From the IMG/VR virus record IMGVR_UViG_2595698868_000001, positions 1-64,000 of that record: a stretch of DNA of 64,000 nt; one strand, written 5' to 3'. This document shows positions 18,534 to 28,438 of the stretch, piece by piece. Each line of letters opens with the position of its first letter. Positions within the stretch are counted from its first letter, which is position 1. Source of the stretch: a virus. Taxonomy: Duplodnaviria; Caudoviricetes. The notes under the pieces were generated by a model, which was given only the letters and a program-made list of their open reading frames with translations, was not told where the DNA came from and made no database searches. Made by a program: the position numbers and the translations under genes.

Positions 18534-19175
18534 TTAAGGAGTCCGATAGATCGCGGTCTTCTCGACATCCACGCGATAGCCCGGCATCGGGCCGATCTTC
18601 CGCTTCCCATCCATACGGATGCCGCCAAAGCGGTCACCGCGCGTGCTGTCGTACGGCGCCGGCGTCTCCGCCGCACCAACGCCCACTTCGTACCAGCCCT
18701 GGTCGGCCGTCTCGACCAGCAGGGTCGCGTGAGCCAACCCGATGCCGGGGCTCCACATCATCAGGATCATTCGGTCGCCGCCCTGCCCGGCCTTGTGGAG
18801 CCGCTCGGCCAGGGTGAGCGCGTAATCCTCGCAGTCGCCGCACAGGGTGTCATTGTCCCAGAAGTCCGCGTTGCCGATGCGCAGCTTGTCATCGCGGTAC
18901 TCGAACTTCTTGCGCATCTCCAGGTCGATCGAGATCACATCGGTCGATGCGAGCGCCTTGCCCGGCCCGCCGGCGCAGATCAACGCCTTCGGCGCACGTC
19001 GACAGAAGTACGCTAGCTCGTAAATGTTGATCGCTGCAACTCGCGCGGGCGAAATGGTCGAATTGACCGCGCCGCCGCGTACCGCGCCAATTAAAGGGAT
19101 TTCAGGGCACTGCGACGCGGCCGGCGAGCAGGACAGCAGGGCAAGGCAGGCGAGGAGTCCGGCGAGAATACGCAT
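18534..19175 (-). CDS. Transglutaminase-like cysteine protease (BTLCP/LapG-like) lipoprotein
   Basis: Lipobox LLSC; Y.DD....G.ADFW, GDCEDYAL and HATLLV motifs. Confidence 0.75.
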   Translation of the reverse strand: MRILAGLLACLALLSCSPAASQCPEIPLIGAVRGGAVNSTISPARVAAINIYELAYFCRRAPKALICAGGPGKALASTDVISIDLEMRKKFEYRDDKLRIGNADFWDNDTLCGDCEDYALTLAERLHKAGQGGDRMILMMWSPGIGLAHATLLVETADQGWYEVGVGAAETPAPYDSTRGDRFGGIRMDGKRKIGPMPGYRVDVEKTAIYRTP

Positions 19176-19240
19176 GACAGGAAGTCCGGCAGGAGAATGC
19201 CAGGAATCCTGTCACCATCAAACGTGACTCGCAAGTAATG

Positions 19241-19314
19241 AAAAACCCCGCCGAGACGCGGACGCCATCCCAGCGGGGTTCCTTCCCATCCTTGACTGGA
19301 GAGGGTCAAGAACG
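19241..19314 (-). ncRNA. Candidate sRNA with anti-Shine-Dalgarno loop CCUCUCCA
   Basis: TTGACG-N17-TAGAAC promoter (19320-19348), hairpin, intrinsic terminator. Confidence 0.55.
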
Positions 19315-19359
19315 CCGCCGTTCTAGGCAACGCCTTGAGAAACGTCAAGCTGCGAAAGG

Positions 19360-19432
19360 AAAAGCCCGCCAGCGCGACATGGGGGGAGCGCTGACGGGCT
19401 AGGCGGTCCAGCGCGGTGGGGCCGACGCCGGA
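19360..19432 (-). ncRNA. Candidate sRNA with C-rich loop
   Basis: TTGACA-N19-TATAGA (weak spacing); 12-bp hairpin with loop UCCCCCCAUGUC and a U-tail. Confidence 0.45.
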
Positions 19433-19492
19433 GACTTCTATAGAACAGGCGTCGAGATGCCTGTCAACATGCGACCATGTCATCGCGCATAG

Positions 19493-19660
19493 AAAAAGCC
19501 CGGCGCTCTGGGTTTGCGCGCCGGGCCTCAACACTTGCTGCACAGGGAAGGCCCCTAGGTCTTAGGCCACCCTGAAGTCCTCTGGTGAAATCAAGAGCTA
19601 AGCGCGCATGACAGCCTCCTGTGACGAGTTTCTGGGAAATCCCTCAGGTTTCCTGTGTGA
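19493..19660 (-). ncRNA. Candidate sRNA / minigene transcript (Met-Arg-Ala-stop, 19598-19609)
   Basis: TTGACA-N17-TAGCGT promoter (19668-19696), AGGAGG RBS, terminator at 19493-19527. Confidence 0.5.
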
Positions 19661-19813
19661 AGTCTTCACGCTAGAGATGCCCTTAGAAGGTGTCAACCAG
19701 AAAAGCACGTGGGGTTCAAAAATCCTGGCATTTCAACCTCAGCGTTAACATGTCTTATTTCGTGGCGCTCGATTTTTAGCTTGACAGCGTGACTGGCACG
19801 TTCCCGAGCAACG

Positions 19814-19846
19814 TGCCAGTTTTCTTGACATGCCCTGTTAACCATG
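19814..19846 (+). promoter_or_regulatory. TGCCAG-N5-TTGACA promoter with TTAACCAT site, upstream of portal
   Basis: Same motif at 30406, 38510, 41861, 42951, 58709. Confidence 0.65.
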
Positions 19847-19956
19847 TCATCCGTGGCGTCGATCAGGGCCGCGTGCCCTGGTTCCCTCCTTCGTCATAAG
19901 CCTTGGGCGGGGTCCGTGAGTAGAGTTTTGGACCTCGCCCACTTTTTCAAAAGAAC

Positions 19957-21942
19957 ATGGCTGGTCTTTCACCCAACTCCGCGAACATTCGACGCACGAA
20001 GCGTGGCGCTCAACAGTTCACGCACCTCGTGGTCCATCCGGAGTACGAGTATTATCGTCCGGATTGGGCGAAGATTCGCGACGCCATCGCCGGCGAACGC
20101 GAGATCAAGGCTCAGGGTGTCAAGTACCTGAAGGCCCCGAAGGGCTTTGACGACGAAGACTACGCGAACTACCTCGATCGCGCCGCCTTCTACAACATGA
20201 CGTCGCAGACGCAGGCCGGCATGGTCGGTCAGATTTTCCGCCGTCCGCCCGTCATCCGTAACCTCCCCAACACGGGCGCGATCACGGGCCGTGATGCCGA
20301 AGGTGGTGTCCAGGTCGTGGCGCCGGCGTCGATCGGCAAGCTACTCACTCAGCTTCAACGCTTCGCCAAGGACGGCACGTCCCACCAGGGTTTCGCCAAG
20401 ACGGTCGCGCTGGAGCAGGTGGCGATGGGCCGTTTCGGCGCCCTGGTCGATGTGGCTCCAAGCAGCGATCCCACCGCGCCGGCGAAGTCCTACACGGTCG
20501 GCTACGCCGCCGAGAACATCGTCGACTGGACCGTAGAGGACGTCGACGGTTTCTACGTCCCGACCCGCATTCTGCTGCGTGAGTTCGAGCGCGTGGATGA
20601 GCACGCCACGCCGTCGCAGCAAAATCCCTGGATCGGACGCGAAGGCAGCGAGACTGCCCAGCGCACGAGTGGCGGTCGCCGCGCCGGCCTCGCGGAACGC
20701 CAGGGCTCGGCCCGTGCTGACGCGCTGGCTCGCCCGTCGCGCTTCACCAGCAGCTACACCTTCCGCACGATCTACCGCGAACTGATCCTGGAACTCCAGA
20801 AGGACGGCAGCCGGGTCTACAAGCAGTTCGTCTACGTCGAGGACCCGCTGGGCCAAGCCCGCGACGTCTACACTCCCATGGTGCGCGGGCGCACCCTCCC
20901 CTTCATCCCCTTCGTGTTCTTCGGCTCCATGTCGAACGCGGCCGACTGCGAAAAGCCGCCGCTGCTCGACATCGTCGAATTGAACCTGAAGCACTATCGC
21001 ACCTACGCCGAACTGGAGCACGGCCGCTTCTTCACGGCGCTGCCCACCTACTATGCACCCGAACTCGACGACTCCGACGCCTCGGAATATCACATTGGTC
21101 CGGGCCGGGTCTGGGTTGTCGACAAGGAGAGCGGCATCCCCGGCATCATCGAGTTCAAGGGCGAGGGTCTGAAGACCCTGGAGCGCGCCCTGAACGAGAA
21201 GGAGCAGCAGATCGCCGCGATCGGCGGACGCCTGATGCCCGGCATGTCCAAGTCGGTCTCCGAGTCGGACAACCAATCGGCGCTGCGTGAAGCCAACGAG
21301 CAGTCGCTGCTTCTGAACGTCATCATGGCGCTCGAAGACGGCATGACCTCGGTCGTTCGTTACTGGCTAATGTTCCGCGACATCCCGCTGACCGACACCG
21401 CGACGCTCCGCTACGAGATCGACGCGACCTTCCTGACGACGGCCCTGGACGCCCGCGCCCTGCGCGCGATCCAGCAACTCTACGAAGGTGGCCTGCTGCC
21501 GATCGACGCTCTGTACGAGAACTTCGTCAAGAACGGCATCATCCCATCGACCCAGACGCTGGAAGAATTCACGATCAAGATGAACGATCCGAAGTCGTTC
21601 ATTGGTCAGCCGGACGCGATCGCGATGCGTCGTGGCTACGTCAGCCGCCAGCAGGAACTGGATCAGCAGCGCGCGGCCCGCGACGCCGACTTCCAGCAGC
21701 AGGAACTGGAGCAGGCCGAGCGCCATCTGGAGATCGACGAGGAGAAGCTGCGCATCTCCGCCAAGGTCGGTTCGACCAGCGTGGCCGCGAGCCGCAAGTT
21801 GGGCGATCCCGAGCAAGCCAAGCCGTCCAAGGCCGAGCAGGCTCAGATCGACGCCCAGCAGAAGCAGGCCGCCGCCAAGCCTGTCACGCCCACCCCCGGC
21901 ACCGTCCAACGCGGCCGTCCGCCGCAAAATGGAGCGAGCTAA
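19957..21942 (+). CDS. Portal protein (DUF4055-type)
   Basis: HPEY..W..IRD...GE, Y..YL.RA.FYN, IPFVFFG, KPPLLDI..LN..HY motifs. Confidence 0.9.
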   Translation: MAGLSPNSANIRRTKRGAQQFTHLVVHPEYEYYRPDWAKIRDAIAGEREIKAQGVKYLKAPKGFDDEDYANYLDRAAFYNMTSQTQAGMVGQIFRRPPVIRNLPNTGAITGRDAEGGVQVVAPASIGKLLTQLQRFAKDGTSHQGFAKTVALEQVAMGRFGALVDVAPSSDPTAPAKSYTVGYAAENIVDWTVEDVDGFYVPTRILLREFERVDEHATPSQQNPWIGREGSETAQRTSGGRRAGLAERQGSARADALARPSRFTSSYTFRTIYRELILELQKDGSRVYKQFVYVEDPLGQARDVYTPMVRGRTLPFIPFVFFGSMSNAADCEKPPLLDIVELNLKHYRTYAELEHGRFFTALPTYYAPELDDSDASEYHIGPGRVWVVDKESGIPGIIEFKGEGLKTLERALNEKEQQIAAIGGRLMPGMSKSVSESDNQSALREANEQSLLLNVIMALEDGMTSVVRYWLMFRDIPLTDTATLRYEIDATFLTTALDARALRAIQQLYEGGLLPIDALYENFVKNGIIPSTQTLEEFTIKMNDPKSFIGQPDAIAMRRGYVSRQQELDQQRAARDADFQQQELEQAERHLEIDEEKLRISAKVGSTSVAASRKLGDPEQAKPSKAEQAQIDAQQKQAAAKPVTPTPGTVQRGRPPQNGAS

Positions 21943-22337
21943 TGATTCTCCCGACTCACGATGAGGCCATTTTCCGTCCGGATCGTCAGGAGACGATCGC
22001 TGCTGCTCATGAACTTCTGGCGGGTGACCAGACGGTGGTCGAACTCATCTACCGTAAGGTCGCTGACTTGTGGACGGATACGAAGCAGGCTGCGCATGCC
22101 TTCAGTGATGCCGAGTATCGACGCGCGCGTGCTCGGGCTGCCCTGGAAGAAGCACAGGCAGAATACGACGAAGCGTCCAAGGCATTTTCCGCAGCCAAGG
22201 ATGCTTCGATCCAAACCATGCGTGACGCCGGCGTCATCATGCACCTCGCGCGCATCGCCTCTCTGGGCGGCAGCGAAGTTTCCTGGATGGTCTACAACCG
22301 CGAGTTCCGCCCTGATCCGGTGAAGGACGAAGCCTGA
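21942..22337 (+). CDS. Hypothetical protein
   Basis: TAATG overlap with portal. Confidence 0.75.
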   Translation: MILPTHDEAIFRPDRQETIAAAHELLAGDQTVVELIYRKVADLWTDTKQAAHAFSDAEYRRARARAALEEAQAEYDEASKAFSAAKDASIQTMRDAGVIMHLARIASLGGSEVSWMVYNREFRPDPVKDEA

Positions 22338-22458
22338 TGGCCCTCACCCTCAACGACGCAGCGTCCATGTCGCCCGGCGGCCAGCCGGGCAGCAAGACCT
22401 GCAAGCCCATGCCCGGCGGCAAGCCGCCGATGAAGCGCTCCAAGCCTGGAAAGAAGAA

Positions 22459-22755
22459 GTGACCGACAAGACCGAAACCGCCGAGACGACTGAAGTCGTC
22501 CTCACGCCGCCCGAACTGCTCGCCCTGGAGTGGCTGAAGACGTTCCACAAGGACACCGGCGCCGAGTGGTCGACCGAGGCGCAATGGCGCGCTTACGCCG
22601 ACCGCCCGACCATCACTCCGGACGCCAACCGCGCGCGCGGCTTCCGCATCCCGCCGATGCTGGAGAAGGGCGTCATCGAGATGACCACCGCCAACATCCA
22701 CATCGCCCGGTACGGCGTGCAGCCCGATCCGGTCGCGCTGTACCGTCCGGTCTAG
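22459..22755 (+). CDS. Hypothetical protein
   Basis: ORF in co-directional cluster. Confidence 0.7.
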   Translation: MTDKTETAETTEVVLTPPELLALEWLKTFHKDTGAEWSTEAQWRAYADRPTITPDANRARGFRIPPMLEKGVIEMTTANIHIARYGVQPDPVALYRPV

Positions 22756-22777
22756 TTTCAGTACCCAGCGTATCGCC

Positions 22778-22975
22778 ATGTCACGTCGTTACTCCGATCT
22801 CGATGACCTGATCCAAGACCTGGATTCGAACGGGTCACTATCCGACGACCCGTTCGGCATCGCCGGCTTCGACGACGATGATCTTGCCCTGCTCGGCCAC
22901 GTGTCCCCCGACGCGCCACGCCGAGCCCCCAAGAAGCCCGCCGCTCCTAAGCGCGGGCGTCCGAAGAAGGACTAG
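22778..22975 (+). CDS. Small acidic protein with AT-hook-like KRGRPK tail
   Basis: Translation. Confidence 0.65.
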   Translation: MSRRYSDLDDLIQDLDSNGSLSDDPFGIAGFDDDDLALLGHVSPDAPRRAPKKPAAPKRGRPKKD

Positions 22976-22980
22976 CCCCG

Positions 22981-23319
22981 ATGCACTATGCTGTGGCTGA
23001 AGCCGACTACGATCGCTGGATCGAAACCAAGGTCGCCGAGGCCCGCGCTGAACTGGAACTCGGTCTGGGCATCCCCTCCGAGGTGGTGGAAGCCTACTTC
23101 GCCGGCCGCCGCGCCAAGGCGGACCACCAGACGGCGATCGATCTGGCTACGCAGAAGCGCACCGACGACTTGCGCGCCATCGCGCTGCGTCAGGCCGTCG
23201 ACGCCCAGGCCGGCAAGTTCGAACGCGACGGAGACGCGCTGGACGCCTCCTACGTCATCCAATCCGCCCGACAGTTCTACGCCTTCCTGTCCGGCGATAC
23301 CCCGACCTCTGAAGGCTAA
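22981..23319 (+). CDS. Protein with N-terminal PaaA2/StbC-like antitoxin motif
   Basis: YDRWIETKVAEA...IPSEVVEA resembles YD.WFRAKV..A...IPH.EV. Confidence 0.55.
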   Translation: MHYAVAEADYDRWIETKVAEARAELELGLGIPSEVVEAYFAGRRAKADHQTAIDLATQKRTDDLRAIALRQAVDAQAGKFERDGDALDASYVIQSARQFYAFLSGDTPTSEG

Positions 23320-23758
23320 AGGAGCTTCCCGTGGAAGAGTTCTTCAACAACGCTGTGACCCAGGTCAAGACCGTCGTCAACCAGACCAAGACGGCCGCGA
23401 TCATCATCTTCGTCGCCGGCCTGCTGACCGGCTGCGTCTTCGGCTAAGCCGATGGCCCGAACCGACGAACGTCGCCGAGATTTCGGAGCCGGCGCCATCT
23501 TCATGGCGGTGATCGAGTTCCTCTGCGACGTCGTCGGTTCACTCGCCGAGTCCTGCTGGGGTGATTGATGGACTTTGAGTACCGGGGCCGCCGGCCCGAA
23601 GACGCGTTCATGTCGTGGGTCTGGCATCATCCTCGTGTGGCGTTGGCTGTGGCCTTCGGCATCATGAGCGGTATCCCGGCGCTCGTAGGGTTCCTGATGG
23701 GGCTCGCACTATGAGCGGCTTTCCCTTTCCCCTGCCGATCCTCCTCGTGAGGATCAAC

Positions 23759-23992
23759 ATGTACGAGACCGACTTCGCCGAAGTGCTGGAGGGCACCCTG
23801 GTTGAGACGGTCGAAGCGTTCGACACGGAAGCTCTCCGAGACTCCTACGAGGCGGTGATGATCGCCTGGAGCCATTACGCCGCGCACGACGACAGCGTGA
23901 TGAAGGAAGATACCCGGCGCCGCCTTGTCGACTGGATCAACCTGACTGTCTGCCCGCGCATCGCACGGGGGCGACTGCCCATTTGGCTGTGA
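23759..23992 (+). CDS. Hypothetical protein
   Basis: GAGGA RBS. Confidence 0.65.
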   Translation: MYETDFAEVLEGTLVETVEAFDTEALRDSYEAVMIAWSHYAAHDDSVMKEDTRRRLVDWINLTVCPRIARGRLPIWL

Positions 23993-23995
23993 CGA

Positions 23996-25048
23996 ATGAC
24001 CGACTCCTACAACTCCACGCCCGGCGCGGATTTCTACGAAGACCATCCTATCCTGGGCGGCGGCGTCCCTGAACCGGCATCCACCGTTCATTATGTGTCG
24101 ACGCCCAACGCGGACGCGTTTTGCAAGACGACCGGGACACTCGTGTCGAACGAAGCCGCCGGCGACGCCTGGGCGGCGGCCCATTCCATCATCGACAGCT
24201 TCGTGAGTCAGGACACGACGACCACGGTCGTCAACGAATATGTGCCGGCCATGCTGCGTACGGACGAAGCGGTCATCCCGCTGTCGCGCGAGCGCACGAT
24301 CCTCCTGGAATCCACTTCCGACCTCATGAAGGAGCGTGACGCAATGCGCGCGGCCTCCAACGAGTCCTCGGCCGAAATCGCACGGCTTGAAGCGCGGCTC
24401 GTCGACCTCGTGGACAAGAACGCCCGCTACAGCCACGCGCTGCGTGCCTCCACAAAGGAGTTGAATGAAGCGAAGACCACGTTGGCGGAGCGCGACGCGG
24501 CATACCACGCCGCTTTGTTCGACGCTCGCGACGCCCGCTTCACCCTGGGCGCCCTGCGACGCACGCTGACCGAAAAGGAGAACGAGCAGTTCGAAGAAGG
24601 CCTGCGACATCTCCACGTCGCGGAAGCCAACGAGCGCGACATCGAAGATGCGGAGCGTGAGAACGCACATCTTCAGACCGAGATGTCCAAGCAGCGTGCG
24701 GAATTCACGGCGCGTTACAAGGCGACCAATCAGCAAATCGACGCCCTGCTGACTACGATCGCTAACGCCGGAGTCGACCACGCCACGCTCGTCGCTGACG
24801 TCCACACGCAGATCGGCATTATGTTGGAGGCGGGCAAGATCGAAAGCGACTATCACCGCAACCGCAACGAGATGGAGCGCAACAAGCAGACCATCTTCCG
24901 CGCCAAGCAGATCGCTGCCGAACATGCCCTTTCCGGCCGCGCCCTGATCTGCGCTGCCTTCGCGCGCTCTCCCGAACTGCCGAGCAAGCCGAAGCTGACG
25001 GTCGACGAGAAGCTGGCCCTAGCCAACCTTCAGTCCATGGAGGAATAA
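23996..25048 (+). CDS. Coiled-coil hypothetical protein
   Basis: Long ORF, heptad-like composition. Confidence 0.8.
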   Translation: MTDSYNSTPGADFYEDHPILGGGVPEPASTVHYVSTPNADAFCKTTGTLVSNEAAGDAWAAAHSIIDSFVSQDTTTTVVNEYVPAMLRTDEAVIPLSRERTILLESTSDLMKERDAMRAASNESSAEIARLEARLVDLVDKNARYSHALRASTKELNEAKTTLAERDAAYHAALFDARDARFTLGALRRTLTEKENEQFEEGLRHLHVAEANERDIEDAERENAHLQTEMSKQRAEFTARYKATNQQIDALLTTIANAGVDHATLVADVHTQIGIMLEAGKIESDYHRNRNEMERNKQTIFRAKQIAAEHALSGRALICAAFARSPELPSKPKLTVDEKLALANLQSMEE

Positions 25049-25600
25049 ATGACCGACGTCCCTACCAAGCGTCCGATCACCGTCACCGTTACGAGCACCG
25101 AACCCGGCGCTGGCAAGACCACGCTGATCGCTCTGATCGGTCACGCGCTGCACAACACCGGCCACAGCGTGAAGGTGCCTCCTCAGAGCGCTGGCCCGCT
25201 GCATACTCGCAGCCTCGAAGAATTTTTCGACGTGACGTTCCTGGAGTCCGAAGGCCCGATCTATACGCCGCGCCAACTGGAATGGGAAATCGCGCGCCGC
25301 GTCGACGACATGAAGGCGGCCCATGACGCGAAGATCGCTGAGTTCCGGCAGGCCAACATCGAACTGCTGAAGCGCCTCGAAGATCAGCGCCACGAAATCG
25401 AGGCGACCATCGTGAAGCGTACCGAGGCGATGCGCCAATCGTACGAGCAGCGCTTGGAAGCGATGTCGGCGGAAACGCATGAACTGCGTCGCGCCGAGTC
25501 GTTCGCCAGCAACGATGCCCAGCAGGCCCGCAACGCCCTGGCCGAGACCGCCATCATCATCGCGGGTCTGCATCAAGACCGCCGCCTTCAGAAGGGTTGA
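25049..25600 (+). CDS. Protein with N-terminal Walker-A-like motif and coiled coil
   Basis: TSTEPGAGKTT; GGAGG RBS. Confidence 0.7.
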   Translation: MTDVPTKRPITVTVTSTEPGAGKTTLIALIGHALHNTGHSVKVPPQSAGPLHTRSLEEFFDVTFLESEGPIYTPRQLEWEIARRVDDMKAAHDAKIAEFRQANIELLKRLEDQRHEIEATIVKRTEAMRQSYEQRLEAMSAETHELRRAESFASNDAQQARNALAETAIIIAGLHQDRRLQKG

Positions 25601-26286
25601 TCATGCCCGAAGTTCTTTCGCCAGAATCATACGCCTCGATCCAGGAACTGGCGCGCGACGCTCAGCGTGATCTGCAAGCCGCGCAGGATCAGTTGAAGGT
25701 TAAGGCGCGTGAGGTGCGCCTGAAGCTGTGGGCCGTCTCGGATGCGGAGTCCGACGCAAAGCGCCTGATCGCCGATGCGGAGCGCGCTCACCTGAACGCC
25801 AAGCAGGATTTCCGCGCCTATCAAGCCCACGCCGAAAAGATGGCCGATCGCGTCCACAAGTTGAACGACCTGATCCGGCAGAACAACATCGATCAGCATC
25901 CTCACAAGGCTTCTGCTCTGAATTGGGCCGAAGCCCATCCCGAGTACACCCTGGACCTGACGCAATCCTACAAGGTGCTGGTCAACCGCGCCGGCCGCTA
26001 CATCGGCGAGGTCTCCTGCATTCGCCCCCACGTCGACACGTGGACCTTCCTCTTCGCGCCCTATCGCTGCGTCGAGATGAAGGCGATCGGTCCGTTCGAA
26101 TACCTCGAAGACGCGCTGGATGCCGCGACGACCGTCACTCCGTACGAGCCTGACATCCACACGGACGCTGCGTTCGGCGCCGGCGTCGCGGACAAGGCGT
26201 TTCTGCCTCCCGTCTACAGCCCGACGTTTGAGCAGGCCGGCATCGACAACAACAACGCGGCCTGCGCAGTCGCAGAGGGAGCCTAA
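25597..26286 (+). CDS. Hypothetical protein
   Basis: Overlapping operon. Confidence 0.8.
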   Translation: MIMPEVLSPESYASIQELARDAQRDLQAAQDQLKVKAREVRLKLWAVSDAESDAKRLIADAERAHLNAKQDFRAYQAHAEKMADRVHKLNDLIRQNNIDQHPHKASALNWAEAHPEYTLDLTQSYKVLVNRAGRYIGEVSCIRPHVDTWTFLFAPYRCVEMKAIGPFEYLEDALDAATTVTPYEPDIHTDAAFGAGVADKAFLPPVYSPTFEQAGIDNNNAACAVAEGA

Positions 26287-26288
26287 TC

Positions 26289-26810
26289 ATGTGCGTAGTT
26301 TCCGCAGTCATGGACTACGGCCAGCAACTCTGGCCTCAGCCGCAAAAGCCCTGGATGACTCCGCTGGTCCCGGACATCCCGATCGACATCGCGCCGGACA
26401 AGCCGCTCACCCTGAAGGATTTCGCCAAGAAGGAGGAGGGTCGCCTGCCGACGGCTGCTGAGATCAAGGCGTTCAAGAAGCTGGTCGATGCGGCCGAGCG
26501 CTTCGACGCGATCGCCAACCAGCCGCACTGCGAGGACCCGGAGAAGATCAAGCTGCTCCAGCGCCTCGAAGAGCGACTGGCTCGCATCGAGGCCGCAGTC
26601 GGTGCTCCTGGTCCGGACGATCTGATTCAGGTCCACGCCCACACGCTGGAAGCTGCCCGCGTGTTCTACAGCTACCTGACCAGCAGTATCTCCGCCCACG
26701 TCGACTTCTCTGTCGTGTCGGCCGGCGTCCTTCAATCCCATCCTGAGGCGGATGTCGTGGAAGCCGAGCGTCGCGCTCGTGCTGCCTACGATCTCCTGCA
26801 CGAGGTTTAA
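26289..26810 (+). CDS. Hypothetical protein
   Basis: MCVVSAVMDY and QPHCEDPEK motifs seen in phage proteins. Confidence 0.8.
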   Translation: MCVVSAVMDYGQQLWPQPQKPWMTPLVPDIPIDIAPDKPLTLKDFAKKEEGRLPTAAEIKAFKKLVDAAERFDAIANQPHCEDPEKIKLLQRLEERLARIEAAVGAPGPDDLIQVHAHTLEAARVFYSYLTSSISAHVDFSVVSAGVLQSHPEADVVEAERRARAAYDLLHEV

Positions 26811-26813
26811 GCC

Positions 26814-27671
26814 ATGACCCAGCGCAATATGGGCAGCTATATTTACGAGCCGATGGCGATCCGTCCGCATCTGCTGGATGCCGTCTTCGCGCGCGTCCAA
26901 TCAGGCGAGCCGTTCTCGCCCCTGGACCTGAGCAACGCCTACCGCGCCGCCGATACTGCTGAGATGCGCGAGCACATTCAGCGCACCTTCGGCGACGCCT
27001 CCAACCTGCACACCTACGAGAACGGGGCCTCGCTCGCCGACGTCAGTCGCATCATGCTGGCCCTGCGCCAGTCGGGCGCGATCTGCCAGGACTTCTCGGC
27101 TGGTAAGGGTCGCGTGCTCTGGAAGTTGGAGACGGAATGGCACGGTGATCACGGGACGATCAGCGTGCCGGTCTATCAGACTGTTTCCGAACGCCTGGGA
27201 CAAGCGCGCAAGATGCTCGAAGCCCAGCCGGTCGGCAAGAAGGCGCCGGGCCAGGACTTCAATGCGCTGGAGGCGCACGTCATCGCGCATGCTGAGCAGC
27301 ACGGTTTTCTGGAGCCCGAGGACTGGAGGCTGAGTCCGGAGACCGGTAACTCGGAAGGCTACGGCAGCTATTTCCGTAGCATCAACGAATGTGCGCCTCG
27401 GGTAGACGCGCCCAAGCGCTCCCGCTCCTTCATCGGCCGCATCGTCAATTCGGTGAAGGACTATGTCACCGAGTCGATGCAGGTGATCAACTTCAACTTG
27501 CGCGGCACTGCCGATCTGCCGGTGACCGAGATTATGAAGGCCTCTCCCGAGGACAAGCTGCGCTGGGCCAATCGACATGCGCCCGGCGAAGACATTCCGA
27601 TCGAGAATCGCAAGAACTACTACCGCCCGAACCTGCGCCCCTCCATCATCCTCCGCATCCCGGTCGGCTGA
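26814..27671 (+). CDS. Hypothetical protein
   Basis: GAGG RBS. Confidence 0.8.
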   Translation: MTQRNMGSYIYEPMAIRPHLLDAVFARVQSGEPFSPLDLSNAYRAADTAEMREHIQRTFGDASNLHTYENGASLADVSRIMLALRQSGAICQDFSAGKGRVLWKLETEWHGDHGTISVPVYQTVSERLGQARKMLEAQPVGKKAPGQDFNALEAHVIAHAEQHGFLEPEDWRLSPETGNSEGYGSYFRSINECAPRVDAPKRSRSFIGRIVNSVKDYVTESMQVINFNLRGTADLPVTEIMKASPEDKLRWANRHAPGEDIPIENRKNYYRPNLRPSIILRIPVG

Positions 27672-27898
27672 TGGCGCGCCGACCCACCCGAAGTGAGCAG
27701 GAGTGCGACGCGTTTCGCGACCTGCTCACCAAGGGCTTCTACGTCGTCAACGCCGACGGCGAGGTCAACGCACCGGGCGAACTCGAAGCCGCCCTCGCCG
27801 CGACCAAGCTCTGGCGGAGCGAACTGTGGAAAGCCTTCCGCTCCCTGGATGATCAATTGAACCCCGTCCGGAAATTCGAAAGAACTGGTCAGCCATGA
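27671..27898 (+). CDS. Hypothetical protein
   Basis: TGATG overlap. Confidence 0.7.
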   Translation: MARRPTRSEQECDAFRDLLTKGFYVVNADGEVNAPGELEAALAATKLWRSELWKAFRSLDDQLNPVRKFERTGQP

Positions 27899-28191
27899 AG
27901 GTTCTGTCGGTATTCGTCGCCACCTACAACGAGCGTGGCCTTGAAAAGTTCAAGATGGCCGGCGTGCGTCCGCAGGGTAAGCAGTTGGTCTTCTTCGAGG
28001 AAAGCGAGAAGACGGCGTCGATGTTCTTTCGCCTCTATACCCGGAACCTCTACGCGATTGAACTCAGCAAGAGCGAGTTCAGCCTGTACCAGCCCAATCC
28101 GACGCCGCCTTCTTCGCTCGGCTTCCTGAGCGATCTGGACGAAACCCAAAATCTCAGCCTCAACCCTGGCCTCGCCGACGGGAGCATCTGA
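27895..28191 (+). CDS. Hypothetical protein
   Basis: ATGA overlap. Confidence 0.7.
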   Translation: MKVLSVFVATYNERGLEKFKMAGVRPQGKQLVFFEESEKTASMFFRLYTRNLYAIELSKSEFSLYQPNPTPPSSLGFLSDLDETQNLSLNPGLADGSI

Positions 28192-28430
28192 TGAACACGA
28201 ACGGTCTCCAGCGCTTCACCCTGAGCGAGATGCAAAACCGCCAGAACGTCCTGGACAAGGCGCGTCTCGACCCGGTGCTGATCCAGGGTCACTACACCGA
28301 CTACGTCCTGATGTCGAAGCAGGAGTACGAGTCGCTCATCAAGGCTCCCGTGCCCGAGCCGCGCATCGGCTCTCCCGATCTCGACATCCTGATCCCCGCG
28401 CTCGCCAAGATGGCCCAGGTCGGCCGGTAG
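28191..28430 (+). CDS. Phd/YefM-like antitoxin
   Basis: FTLSEMQ...VLDKA..DPVLI..H...YVLMS..EYESL pattern. Confidence 0.6.
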   Translation: MNTNGLQRFTLSEMQNRQNVLDKARLDPVLIQGHYTDYVLMSKQEYESLIKAPVPEPRIGSPDLDILIPALAKMAQVGR

Positions 28431-28438
28431 GAGGAGTC

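Noticed and set aside
18461-18679. Extended 394-aa start for the capsid paralogue
   Set aside because: Overlaps the upstream gene and is Arg-rich nonsense; GTG 18460 has an AGGAG RBS
25049-25600. Full P-loop NTPase (BioD/Pta-like)
   Set aside because: Only a Walker-A-like segment is evident before a coiled coil; too short for a complete domain
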